From assembly GCA_964486065.1 (NCBI GenBank), contig CAZAKN010000006.1, positions 1-62,684 of the forward strand: 62,684 nt of DNA. The letters are read 5' to 3'. The DNA comes from an uncultured Gammaproteobacteria bacterium (GTDB lineage Bacteria; Patescibacteriota; Patescibacteriia; UBA11705; JABHMO01). Made by a program: the position numbers and the translations under genes. Positions within the stretch are counted from its first letter, which is position 1, and every line of letters starts with the position of its first letter. Below the pieces are notes generated by a model, which was not told the origin of the DNA, searched no databases, and was given only the letters and a program-made list of their open reading frames with translations. Below are positions 17,981 to 26,250 of the stretch, in pieces.

Positions 17981-18424
17981 TTAACTTTTATACAATCTTT
18001 GATTTTTATAATTTTCAATTATTGATCCGGTCGGTTCAAAAATATTTTCCGGCAATTCATTCAAATCAAACCATTGCCATGCTTTACATTTATCCGGTTC
18101 TTTTAACTGTGGCTCGCCTTGGATCCGGCTCACCTTCACGCCAATCGTAACATAATGCTTGTCATCACTGGCAATGTAGCGCAAATCATCAGATATGGAA
18201 ATTATTTCCACCTCACCGACTCGCATACCGGTTTCTTCCTCGGTTTCCCGGATCGCGGCTTGAAATAGTTTTTCACCGGAATCAAGATGTCCGCCGGGAA
18301 AAGACCAATCACCGGCTCCATGGGATCCCTTTCGCAACCCGAGCAAAACTTGTCCTTGCTCATTTTGTATCATCACCCCCACTCCGATTCTTGGATATTT
18401 TTTGTCAATTATTTTTTTGTCCAT
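17981..18424 (-). CDS. NUDIX hydrolase
   Basis: Nudix box GGHLDSGEKLFQAAIRETEEETG. The ATG at 18424 is chosen because the longer ORF (to 18547) runs into tRNA-Pro. Confidence 0.85.
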   Translation of the reverse strand: MDKKIIDKKYPRIGVGVMIQNEQGQVLLGLRKGSHGAGDWSFPGGHLDSGEKLFQAAIRETEEETGMRVGEVEIISISDDLRYIASDDKHYVTIGVKVSRIQGEPQLKEPDKCKAWQWFDLNELPENIFEPTGSIIENYKNQRLYKS

Positions 18425-18502
18425 ATCATTTATAAAATTAACCTTTTTGTAATTATTCTGCTTTAAATAACAAAGTTGAAAAAAACGACGAACTAAGTCA
18501 AA

Positions 18503-18578
18503 TGGTCGGGCTGGCGGGACTTGAACCCGCGACCTCACGCACCCCATGCGCGCGCGCTACCAACTGCGCCACAGCCCG
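18503..18578 (-). tRNA. tRNA-Pro (GGG), encoded CCA
   Basis: Acceptor CGGGCTG/CAGCCCG, anticodon loop ATGGGGT, T-arm GCGGG-TTCAAGT-CCCGC. Confidence 0.9.
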
Positions 18579-18598
18579 TTTTTAAAATAAGTCTTTAT

Positions 18599-19060
18599 TT
18601 AATTCAATTTTTCGCTCCAAAATATATTTTGAACTTTTCTTTGACCATCAAAGGTCCAATGATGCTGTTTGGGAACTTTATCAAAACAACTATTGCTAAT
18701 CGCCTGTTCTTCCCCTATGTAAAAACCGATATGTTTATGCTTTTCTCCATTAAAATCAATTTCCCGCCAAACAATAATGGAGCCGACTTCGGGTTCTTCC
18801 GTCTTTTCCCAACCGGATTCAATCAAATCATTTTCCGTTCCGACAACAGTACCGTGAATTCTTTCGGTTAAACCGAACAAGGTGGTGATTGACGAAACAA
18901 AAAAAGCGCAAGACAATTCTCCGGCTCTCATAATATCCCGTTTTTCATCAGCAACTTGGGCATAAAAATTTTGAAAAATATTTGTACCCAAACTGTTTTT
19001 GATAACCGCAATATAAGTATCTTTCAATAAAGGTTTCACTTGTTCATTTATATTATTCAT
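18599..19060 (-). CDS. NlpC/P60-like (papain-fold Cys/His) hypothetical protein
   Basis: 153 aa. The pattern GELSCAFFVS ... GSIIVW ... KHIGFYIG resembles the NlpC/P60 catalytic Cys/His arrangement. No signal peptide seen. Confidence 0.55.
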   Translation of the reverse strand: MNNINEQVKPLLKDTYIAVIKNSLGTNIFQNFYAQVADEKRDIMRAGELSCAFFVSSITTLFGLTERIHGTVVGTENDLIESGWEKTEEPEVGSIIVWREIDFNGEKHKHIGFYIGEEQAISNSCFDKVPKQHHWTFDGQRKVQNIFWSEKLN

Positions 19061-19100
19061 AAAATCAATCCACTAATCCATATTTGCTCCCGCAAATTTT

Positions 19101-19178
19101 TGGTCGGGGTGAGAGGACTTGAACCTCCGACCTCGTCGACCCGAACGACGCGCGCTAGCCAACTGCGCCACACCCCGA
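19101..19178 (-). tRNA. tRNA-Pro (CGG), encoded CCA
   Basis: Anticodon stem CGTCG/CGACG with loop TTCGGGT, T-arm GGAGG-TTCAAGT-CCTCT. Confidence 0.9.
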
Positions 19179-19181
19179 TAT

Positions 19182-19766
19182 TTATTTTTCATTTTTTTTC
19201 GGCGGATTTTCAAAAGTCAATTCCGGCGTATGATTGTTTATCACTTCCGGCGGTATGTTCAATTTCTTTTGATAAATAAGATCAACCGCGCCGAATATCG
19301 CTTTATTATAATCCAATCCCAATTTCTCGGCAACTTTCTTCACCTCATCTTCACTTTGACCTTCTATTTCCAAAAAAGACTCCAAACCTGGCCAAGTATC
19401 TATTTCCAATTCCGTTCCATTCAATTCCCAAGATTCCCTTTTGGTTTCTTGATAAGACTTTTGCTTGCAATTCAAATTTTTTAAAAATTCAACACCTTGT
19501 TCAAAATCATTTATTTCCAAACAATTTTCTTTTTGATCATTAATCTTTATTCCGGCAACTTCCTTTATGCTCATGGTTATTTTATTACCTTCATCTCGGA
19601 CTCTCAGCCAACAAGCAGTTTCAATATCACCCGTTTTCGGTGGATTGAAATTTGCTCGGCGCATCAATCTTTCCGGTTGAATCAATTTTGCTCCGGCTTT
19701 TTTCAATCTATCCCTCAAATCTTGCTTTTCATAATCAATAAAAGTGGCTTCAAATTCGGTTAACAT
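19182..19766 (-). CDS. CYTH domain protein (CyaB/ThTPase-like)
   Basis: 194 aa. N-terminal EFEATF (ExExK-like) strand and a C-terminal acidic ELEIDTW...LEIEG pattern. Confidence 0.8.
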   Translation of the reverse strand: MLTEFEATFIDYEKQDLRDRLKKAGAKLIQPERLMRRANFNPPKTGDIETACWLRVRDEGNKITMSIKEVAGIKINDQKENCLEINDFEQGVEFLKNLNCKQKSYQETKRESWELNGTELEIDTWPGLESFLEIEGQSEDEVKKVAEKLGLDYNKAIFGAVDLIYQKKLNIPPEVINNHTPELTFENPPKKNEK

Positions 19767-19979
19767 AAATAATTATTATGAATATTTCGTTTAATACTTT
19801 ATCATAAAAATCCTCGGATTTCAATATTCACTTATGACACGCGAGCTTGTTTTACTGCGACAATCACTATATAATGAATCACGGAACACGGACCATGTTT
19901 CACCTTTCACTTCACGATTTAATCAAGATGGACAATCCACGAACAATGATTCAAGCTCCGAAACAAATGACACTTATTT

Positions 19980-21998
19980 ATGTTTAACCTGAAAGCCAAC
20001 TACCAACCGGCCGGAGATCAACCGCAAGCCATTGAAAAATTGGTTAAAGGCCTAAATAAAAATCATCAAAAACAAACTTTGCTCGGCGTAACCGGTTCGG
20101 GTAAGACTTTTACCATTGCCAATGTTATCGCCGAAACCAATTTGCCGACTTTAGTAATCGCGCACAACAAAACCCTGGCCGCTCAGCTATGCAATGAATT
20201 TCGCGATTTCTTTCCTGAAAACGCCGTGGAATATTTCGTCAGTTACTACGACTATTACCAACCTGAAGCATATCTTCCTTCCAGCGATACCTATATTGAA
20301 AAAGAAGCGGAAATCAATGATGAAATTGATCGCTTGCGTCACGCTTGCACAAATGCCCTACTTACCCGCAAAGATGTGATTATCGTGGCTTCGGTTTCAG
20401 CGATTTACGGTCTGGGATCGCCGGTGCAATACGAACAAATCATTTTGCACTTAACCAAAAATCAGAATTTGAATCGTCGCGAAATGACCGAACATTTGGT
20501 CAAAATGCAATATGAAAGAACCAACACCGATTTACGACGCGGTCATTTCCGCTTACGCGGTCAAGTTTTTGAAATCATGCCGATCAATGAAGATCGTATT
20601 TATCGTTTTGAAATATCGGAAAAAATTGATCAAATTGAAATAATTGACGCGATCAGTAAAAAAATCATTAAACCTGATCTTCATGACGCTTGGATTTTTC
20701 CGGCCAAACATTATGTAATTGACGAAAAAACCAAGCAAAAAGCCATCGCCGATATTAAAAATGAATTACAACAAAGATTAAAACATTTTAAAAACAAAGA
20801 TAAAATTTTAGAAGCTGAAAGACTGAAGCAAAAAGTTCGCTATGATTTGGAAATGATTGAAAATATCGGTTATTGCAACGGCATTGAAAATTATTCACGC
20901 CACTTGGATGGTCGCGAACCGGGACAACCTCCCTTCACTTTACTTGATTATTTCAATCACAATAATGATAAATTTCTCACCGTGATTGACGAATCTCATG
21001 TTACCGTACCGCAAATCGGAGCCATGTACAACGGTGATCGCGCGCGCAAAAAAAATTTAATTGAACATGGATTTCGCTTACCCAGCGCACGAGATAACAG
21101 ACCGTTGACTTTTGACGAATTTGAAAATCGCGCCAAACAAACCATCTATGTTTCCGCCACTCCGGCTCAATTTGAAATCAATGAAAGTCGCCAAGTGGCG
21201 GAACAAATCGTGCGCCCCACCGGTTTGGTTGATCCTGAAGTGATTATTCGTCCAATCACGGAAACAAAGAAAACCCTTTCGCAAGTTGACGATGTTATCA
21301 TGGAAATTGAAAAACAAACCGCCAACGGAGCCCGCACACTGGTTACCACGCTGACTAAGCGCATGGCCGAAGACTTGACGGAATATTTGCAAAAGAAAAA
21401 AATCAAAGTCAATTATTTGCATAGTGATATTGACACCTTGGAACGCGTGCAAATCATCACCGATCTGCGCAAAGGACATATTGATGTTATAGTCGGCGTC
21501 AATCTTTTGCGCGAAGGTTTGGATATCCCCGAAGTCTCGCTGGTAGCCATCATGGACGCGGACAAAGAAGGTTTCCTGCGTTCGGAAACGAGTTTGATTC
21601 AGACCATCGGACGCGCTGCCCGCAATGTTGACGGTCGCGTGATCCTCTACGCCGATCAAATTACCGGCTCCATTGACCGCGCTTTAAAAGAAACTGCTAG
21701 GCGCAGAGCCAAACAGCTGGCTTATAATAAAAAACATAATATTACACCGAAAACCATTCAAAAAAACATTAAAAATATTTTGGAAGAGTTCGGTTTGACG
21801 GTAAACAAATCAAAACTTAAACAACGCAATCAAAAAAACATTTTAAAATTGGATTTGGCCGGCGACGACAGACCTCTAACCGAAATCATCAAAGACAAGG
21901 AAGTTCAAATGAAGCAAGCCGCCAAAAATTTGGAATTTGAATTGGCCGCCGTCTTGCGTGATGAAATAAGCGAATTGAAAAAAATGAAGAAAAAATAA
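19980..21998 (+). CDS. uvrB: excinuclease ABC subunit B
   Basis: 672 aa. Helicase motifs GVTGSGKT, DESH, C-terminal UVR domain (LEFELAAVLRDEI). Confidence 0.97.
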   Translation: MFNLKANYQPAGDQPQAIEKLVKGLNKNHQKQTLLGVTGSGKTFTIANVIAETNLPTLVIAHNKTLAAQLCNEFRDFFPENAVEYFVSYYDYYQPEAYLPSSDTYIEKEAEINDEIDRLRHACTNALLTRKDVIIVASVSAIYGLGSPVQYEQIILHLTKNQNLNRREMTEHLVKMQYERTNTDLRRGHFRLRGQVFEIMPINEDRIYRFEISEKIDQIEIIDAISKKIIKPDLHDAWIFPAKHYVIDEKTKQKAIADIKNELQQRLKHFKNKDKILEAERLKQKVRYDLEMIENIGYCNGIENYSRHLDGREPGQPPFTLLDYFNHNNDKFLTVIDESHVTVPQIGAMYNGDRARKKNLIEHGFRLPSARDNRPLTFDEFENRAKQTIYVSATPAQFEINESRQVAEQIVRPTGLVDPEVIIRPITETKKTLSQVDDVIMEIEKQTANGARTLVTTLTKRMAEDLTEYLQKKKIKVNYLHSDIDTLERVQIITDLRKGHIDVIVGVNLLREGLDIPEVSLVAIMDADKEGFLRSETSLIQTIGRAARNVDGRVILYADQITGSIDRALKETARRRAKQLAYNKKHNITPKTIQKNIKNILEEFGLTVNKSKLKQRNQKNILKLDLAGDDRPLTEIIKDKEVQMKQAAKNLEFELAAVLRDEISELKKMKKK

Positions 21999-22256
21999 TT
22001 AACAAAATTTAAAAGAGACGCTCTTCATGGAGTCGTCTCTTTTTTTATGTTTGCTTTTGCGGGAATAAGCTTTTTTGCTTTTTTCCACGCGCGTGGCCGG
22101 AATTGTGCCAAAGGCTTCTCGGCTTTCCCGCTTGATCTGTCGCGCCAGGCGAGAACTTTTTTCTTCCGAGTTTTCGCCTCGTTGCGCTTTACGAAATTCC
22201 GCTTGATGCAGTTTGCGCTTACGGCGACTACTTGCTTTTTTACCTTTTTTCGCCAT
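21999..22256 (-). CDS. small highly basic K/R/S-rich protein
   Basis: 85 aa. GGAGGA SD 4 nt upstream of the ATG. GC-richer than surroundings. Divergent from the J-domain operon. Confidence 0.6.
   Translation of the reverse strand: MAKKGKKASSRRKRKLHQAEFRKAQRGENSEEKSSRLARQIKRESREAFGTIPATRVEKSKKAYSRKSKHKKRDDSMKSVSFKFC
22014..22046 (+). terminator. Rho-independent terminator after uvrB
   Basis: Stem AGAGACGCTC/GAG-CGTCTCT followed by T6. Lies inside the 3' end of the convergent small basic ORF. Confidence 0.7.
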
Positions 22257-22397
22257 GATTTCCTCCTTTTTTTTAAGTTTTGGCGATTTTAAGAAACTTT
22301 TTCATCATAACACTATTTTCATTTTTTGTCAAATGTAATATAAAATACAATAAAATTGTTAACAAATCTGAATATTAAGCTAATATACCAAAAAACC

Positions 22398-22426
22398 TTG
22401 ACAAAATTAAATATTTATTATAAAAA
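22398..22426 (+). promoter_or_regulatory. putative promoter of the J-domain operon
   Basis: TTGACA at 22398-22403 followed by an AT-rich -10 region (TATAAA/TAAAAA 15-17 nt downstream). Confidence 0.5.
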
Positions 22427-22462
22427 GTACATGGTTCATTACAACAATCCAAGGAGAATACA

Positions 22463-22753
22463 ATGAATCTTAACCCCTATGCCGTCCTGGGAGTGGATGA
22501 AAAGGCGGGGGCTGATGAGATAAAAAAGGCTTTTCGCCAAAAAACCCTAACCTCTCACCCCGACCTATTCCAAGGAGAAACTCCGGAAACATTGGAAGAA
22601 AAACGCTTGGAATTTGAACAACTTCAAAAAGCGTATGAACTCCTGATGAATCCGGAAAAAAGAAAGATTTACGACTCTACCGGCGGTTTAATCGTCACTA
22701 AAGGAAATATGGCTTTCGTCAGAGATTTTTGGCGAAAAAAACTCAATCTCTAA
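22463..22753 (+). CDS. J-domain-only protein (DnaJ-like)
   Basis: 96 aa. NPYAVLGV...EIKKAFRQKTLTSHPD (HPD motif) ... KAYELLMNPEKRKIYD. AAGGAG SD. Confidence 0.85.
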   Translation: MNLNPYAVLGVDEKAGADEIKKAFRQKTLTSHPDLFQGETPETLEEKRLEFEQLQKAYELLMNPEKRKIYDSTGGLIVTKGNMAFVRDFWRKKLNL

Positions 22754-22766
22754 AAAAGGAGCAAAA

Positions 22767-23750
22767 ATGCCAAAAGCTTTATTAAGACACAGTGTAATGG
22801 AAGAACTAAGCGGAATCCGGAGTTTGTCCGGAAATCCCACACCGGAGGAGGAAGTGGCTGAAGGAAGAAAGCGGGCTTTGGAATATTTACAAAGACCCGA
22901 ATTGTACTCTGAAGCGATTTTCTCGCCGGACCATGCCTCGGCCATGCTTTTAGCCTCTGGACCGGAAAGTTGGGACGGAGAAGCCAAAGACAAAGTCACC
23001 AAGGATTTTCTGGAACAGCTCGGACCCGAGCTGGCGGAAGAAGTGGAAAGTTTGGTTCAAGATGTTATGCCCTTGGACAAACAACGCCACCTGTTCCTAT
23101 CCATGAAAACGACGACTCCGTCAAAAAACATGGTGATCTTCTCTCCGCAAGATGTGGCGAAAATTCAAGAACTTCGTGACTGCGTCAAGAAAAATGGCGA
23201 CAGCGAAAAAGTCTTCGCTCTTGTTCCGTTTAAGCAACAAGCGCTGGTGCTGGCTGCCTCTTACGAACAGGCTAAGGAATCCGCCGGCTTGCAAGGAATG
23301 AAAGATCAGCAATTACGGCGTTACGAAGCCATCTTCTTGGAGAAAAAGGAGAAAGAAAGACGCGAAGTAATCGGCATTATGATCAACAACGGCGATGGCG
23401 CCATGATCATGGAACTGTCCGCCGCTTCCGCGGGTGATGATTCACCTCTCATGGACTCGTTGACCGCCGACATGCTGGCAAAAATGTTCGACATGGATAA
23501 AGACATCCATGATTCGGATGAACGCTTGATCAACATGATGTACACGCTGGTGTGCATCAACGGCCTCAAGTCCAACTCCATCACTTTTTTACAAAGTAAA
23601 AAGGGGCAGGCTTGGTTGAAAAGGTTGATCAAGGTTAATAGCGATAGAGCTAAAGATCTTGACGACCTGAGCCATGAAGAAATCATTGCGATCGTCCGAG
23701 ATTCCATGGCGGAAGACATCAGCATCCCGTGGCCGGGATTGCGAGACTAA
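22767..23750 (+). CDS. hypothetical protein (no recognisable domain)
   Basis: 327 aa. AAGGAG SD 5 nt upstream. Starts 13 nt after the J-domain gene. Confidence 0.8.
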   Translation: MPKALLRHSVMEELSGIRSLSGNPTPEEEVAEGRKRALEYLQRPELYSEAIFSPDHASAMLLASGPESWDGEAKDKVTKDFLEQLGPELAEEVESLVQDVMPLDKQRHLFLSMKTTTPSKNMVIFSPQDVAKIQELRDCVKKNGDSEKVFALVPFKQQALVLAASYEQAKESAGLQGMKDQQLRRYEAIFLEKKEKERREVIGIMINNGDGAMIMELSAASAGDDSPLMDSLTADMLAKMFDMDKDIHDSDERLINMMYTLVCINGLKSNSITFLQSKKGQAWLKRLIKVNSDRAKDLDDLSHEEIIAIVRDSMAEDISIPWPGLRD

Positions 23751-23860
23751 ACAAAAAACACAGGGAGTGGCTCGCCACTCCCTTTCTTTTCAAACTTCAC
23801 TTGAGCATTTGATCAATTTTCAAGCGAGTTTTGAAACAAAACAAGGACAAGGAGAAGACA

Positions 23861-25066
23861 ATGAACGGATCATTAACAACTGAAACCAGAAATGCCGACT
23901 GGCAGACTACCGCCATCTATTTGAAAAAGTTCAGCTTATTGGATTCCGCCAAAGCTGAAAAACTTCTGGACGAACTGACGGAAATCACCTATGCGTGGCT
24001 GGAAAAATACAGTATCAACCCACATGATTTGGCTCAAGTAAAACAGACCTGTGATATTATCTTTAACCTGCTTGACGCCAAGATCAAAAGGAGTAATTTG
24101 ACGAACCAAGAAGCGTCCTCATTATTGCTCCAACCGAACGCCACGAGGGAAATTTACGCCAATGCTTTACGAGATATTGAAACGCTTTGGAATAAGTTTC
24201 TTATTCGTGAAAATAAAATTCACCGCACTTACAAAGATGGTGAATTCACGGTTACCATGAAGCAATTGGAAGATAATGAAGATATAGCGCTTAGCTTGGG
24301 GATGGAACCTGACGAAGAATCCGCGAACGATAAAAACTTGCTGATAAAAACCGCTGTGGTTATCAGAGCTTTTGATCTTCTGCAAATGGTCGCGCAGGAA
24401 CATGAAGAATTGATAGCATTTCTCAATAACTACCGCCAAATGCTTTTATCGGAAAAGGATATCTACCTTTTCCTGGCGGATATGGAAAACTTTCAATTGT
24501 TCAACAATTACCTTGACCAAGCGCAAAAAATGGAACAAATTTCTTTGCGTTACCTGCCTTGGGAAAATTTGGTCAAAGAATTGAAGCTTAAACCGCACGG
24601 CTTTTATCAAAAAGATTTACGCATAAGCAATATTGATAAAATCCTTGAGACAAAGGCTTACTTGTTCCGCACCTTGAACTTTTCCACCATGGTTAACACT
24701 TTGATCATTTCCAACAATTTCTGGCAAAAACCGCCTTCTTGCACGATCAAGTGGCGTTCGTTCAAAACGGCGCTGAACAAAAAAGGTTTCCCCTCGGCTG
24801 ATGAATATTTTGCTATGGCTGAAAAAACCAAACAAACATATTTGTCTCGCTTGAAGGAAAAACCATCGGAAAAAGAAATGCCGATTTTTCATGACTTGTG
24901 GGATTTGGCGGTTGAAAACTTTCTTGAACAGATTAACAACCGCAACACGCATATTATGAGCAAAAAATTGGTCGCCATTGTCTGGGCTCAACTTCTGCAT
25001 ATCACCACTCCGAACGGTCTTTACCGTCATTACAATGAATTGCAGTTTGACAACATGGAGCTATAA
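23861..25066 (+). CDS. hypothetical protein, predicted all-helical (no recognisable domain)
   Basis: The ATG at 23861 is preceded by AAGGAG; the ORF track starts upstream at 23831. 401 aa. Confidence 0.8.
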   Translation: MNGSLTTETRNADWQTTAIYLKKFSLLDSAKAEKLLDELTEITYAWLEKYSINPHDLAQVKQTCDIIFNLLDAKIKRSNLTNQEASSLLLQPNATREIYANALRDIETLWNKFLIRENKIHRTYKDGEFTVTMKQLEDNEDIALSLGMEPDEESANDKNLLIKTAVVIRAFDLLQMVAQEHEELIAFLNNYRQMLLSEKDIYLFLADMENFQLFNNYLDQAQKMEQISLRYLPWENLVKELKLKPHGFYQKDLRISNIDKILETKAYLFRTLNFSTMVNTLIISNNFWQKPPSCTIKWRSFKTALNKKGFPSADEYFAMAEKTKQTYLSRLKEKPSEKEMPIFHDLWDLAVENFLEQINNRNTHIMSKKLVAIVWAQLLHITTPNGLYRHYNELQFDNMEL

Positions 25067-25073
25067 AACAAAA

Positions 25074-25096
25074 CCCCGTCAATGACGGGGTTTTTT
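25074..25096. terminator. bidirectional Rho-independent terminator
   Basis: Stem CCCCGTC/GACGGGG flanked by an A-run and a T-run. Serves the convergent 23861 and 25115 genes. Confidence 0.85.
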
Positions 25097-25114
25097 AATA
25101 TTATAATTACTTGA

Positions 25115-25345
25115 TCAATCTTCCAAATACTCAAATCGTGGAATCTTTTTGCCATCAACTTCAACTTGTTCGGTAAATTCATCAGCCGGCCTGGTCCATA
25201 AAACATGTTCGCCGAATTCGGGATGTTCATACTGCGCTTCGTAAACCACCATATCTCGTAATGTTTCACTATGCTTGGCCACGGCGATCACTTCGTAAAT
25301 CTTGCCTTTATAATGTTTATATCTACCCGGTTTTATTTCCATCAT
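25115..25345 (-). CDS. DUF1653 domain protein
   Basis: GRYKHYKGKIYEVIAVAKHSET...VVY pattern typical of DUF1653. The ATG lies 1 nt after the HD gene stop. Confidence 0.8.
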   Translation of the reverse strand: MMEIKPGRYKHYKGKIYEVIAVAKHSETLRDMVVYEAQYEHPEFGEHVLWTRPADEFTEQVEVDGKKIPRFEYLED

Positions 25346-25346
25346 A

Positions 25347-25904
25347 TTAATAATAATTGAAAAGCGAAGCGTATTCATCAAAAATTTCACCTTTTTCCTC
25401 ACCGAATTTTTCGTGAAATTTTTTCTTAATACTACGCACGCTACGATCTTTATGTTTATGAATATCTTTTTTTGAATAGAACTTATCCGCGAAACAGATT
25501 ATTTTTTCTTCCAAAGATACCGGCATCATTTCCCTTTTCGGTAATGGTAGTTTTTGTCCGATAATATCTTTTAAAGTCAAACCAACTCCCGTATGTCTTT
25601 CGCAAACAAGTGCGTGTTTCGGCAAGCCTTCTTTTTCCAAAAGCTGTCTGCCCAAATAACCGTGAGCCAAATAAGGTTTTTCACCATTGCAACCGATCTT
25701 CGGACAATCCGTCATAAATATTCCGATATCATGCAGCATCGCCGCTTCTTCAACGAATTGAAAATCAGGATTTAATTCTTTTACTCGCGCGGCGATTTCC
25801 AGGGCTTTCTCCGCTACGCAACGCGAATGCAAAATCAAAATTTCATAAGCTCGCGAGCCAGGTTCATAATAATTTTCTATGATTCGCATTGGTTCAATAG
25901 CCAT
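25347..25904 (-). CDS. HD-domain phosphohydrolase
   Basis: 185 aa. H...HD motif (AAMLHDIG) and downstream His/Asp residues. Confidence 0.85.
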   Translation of the reverse strand: MAIEPMRIIENYYEPGSRAYEILILHSRCVAEKALEIAARVKELNPDFQFVEEAAMLHDIGIFMTDCPKIGCNGEKPYLAHGYLGRQLLEKEGLPKHALVCERHTGVGLTLKDIIGQKLPLPKREMMPVSLEEKIICFADKFYSKKDIHKHKDRSVRSIKKKFHEKFGEEKGEIFDEYASLFNYY

Positions 25905-25907
25905 AAA

Positions 25908-26060
25908 TCAATCCGCGTATTTGGCAATGACACCGACCAGCAAACCGGCCAGAAAACCGATAACCGAAGTAATCAAAATTCCGCCGAAAACAGTTCCGAC
26001 AATAATTCCCACCGCCAATCCAACAATTGTAAAAATTATAAATAAATGTTTGCCTTGCAT
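25908..26060 (-). CDS. small glycine-zipper membrane protein (50 aa)
   Basis: Translated by hand as MQGKHLFIIFTIVGLAVGIIVGTVFGGILITSVIGFLAGLLVGVIAKYAD. The stop lies 4 nt before the HD gene ATG. TATAAT sits 8 nt upstream of the ATG. Confidence 0.55.
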   Translation of the reverse strand: MQGKHLFIIFTIVGLAVGIIVGTVFGGILITSVIGFLAGLLVGVIAKYAD

Positions 26061-26154
26061 ACTTTTACATTATAGCAAATCTCGCTCACTTGGGTCTATA
26101 ATTTTTATTTCTTTTTAATTAACCGTAAAACCGCCACTCAACCGAATCTCTCAA

Positions 26155-26183
26155 TTGACTGTGTATAACCGGACTGCTAAAAT
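26155..26183 (+). promoter_or_regulatory. putative promoter of uvrA
   Basis: TTGACT-17 nt-TAAAAT. Confidence 0.6.
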
Positions 26184-26250
26184 GGATACACCACCCCCTA
26201 ACAACCCCCGGGAGGTGGATTTTGAAGTTTATAAGCAATAATATTTCATT

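Noticed and set aside
18425-18547. Long form of the NUDIX ORF
   Set aside because: It would overlap tRNA-Pro(GGG) at 18503-18578. The internal ATG at 18424 gives a normal-length Nudix protein.
19767-19979. LexA/Cheo-type SOS box upstream of uvrB
   Set aside because: GAACACGGACCATGTTT has 9 nt between the GAAC and GTTT half-sites, not the N4 of the Cheo box. There is no second copy upstream of uvrA or uvrC. The repeats AATCACGGAACA and AATCCACGAACA were noted, but the evidence is insufficient.
25879-26118. 79-aa plus-strand ORF
   Set aside because: The opposite strand encodes a much more plausible 50-aa glycine-zipper membrane protein, positioned 4 nt upstream of the HD gene and downstream of a TATAAT box.
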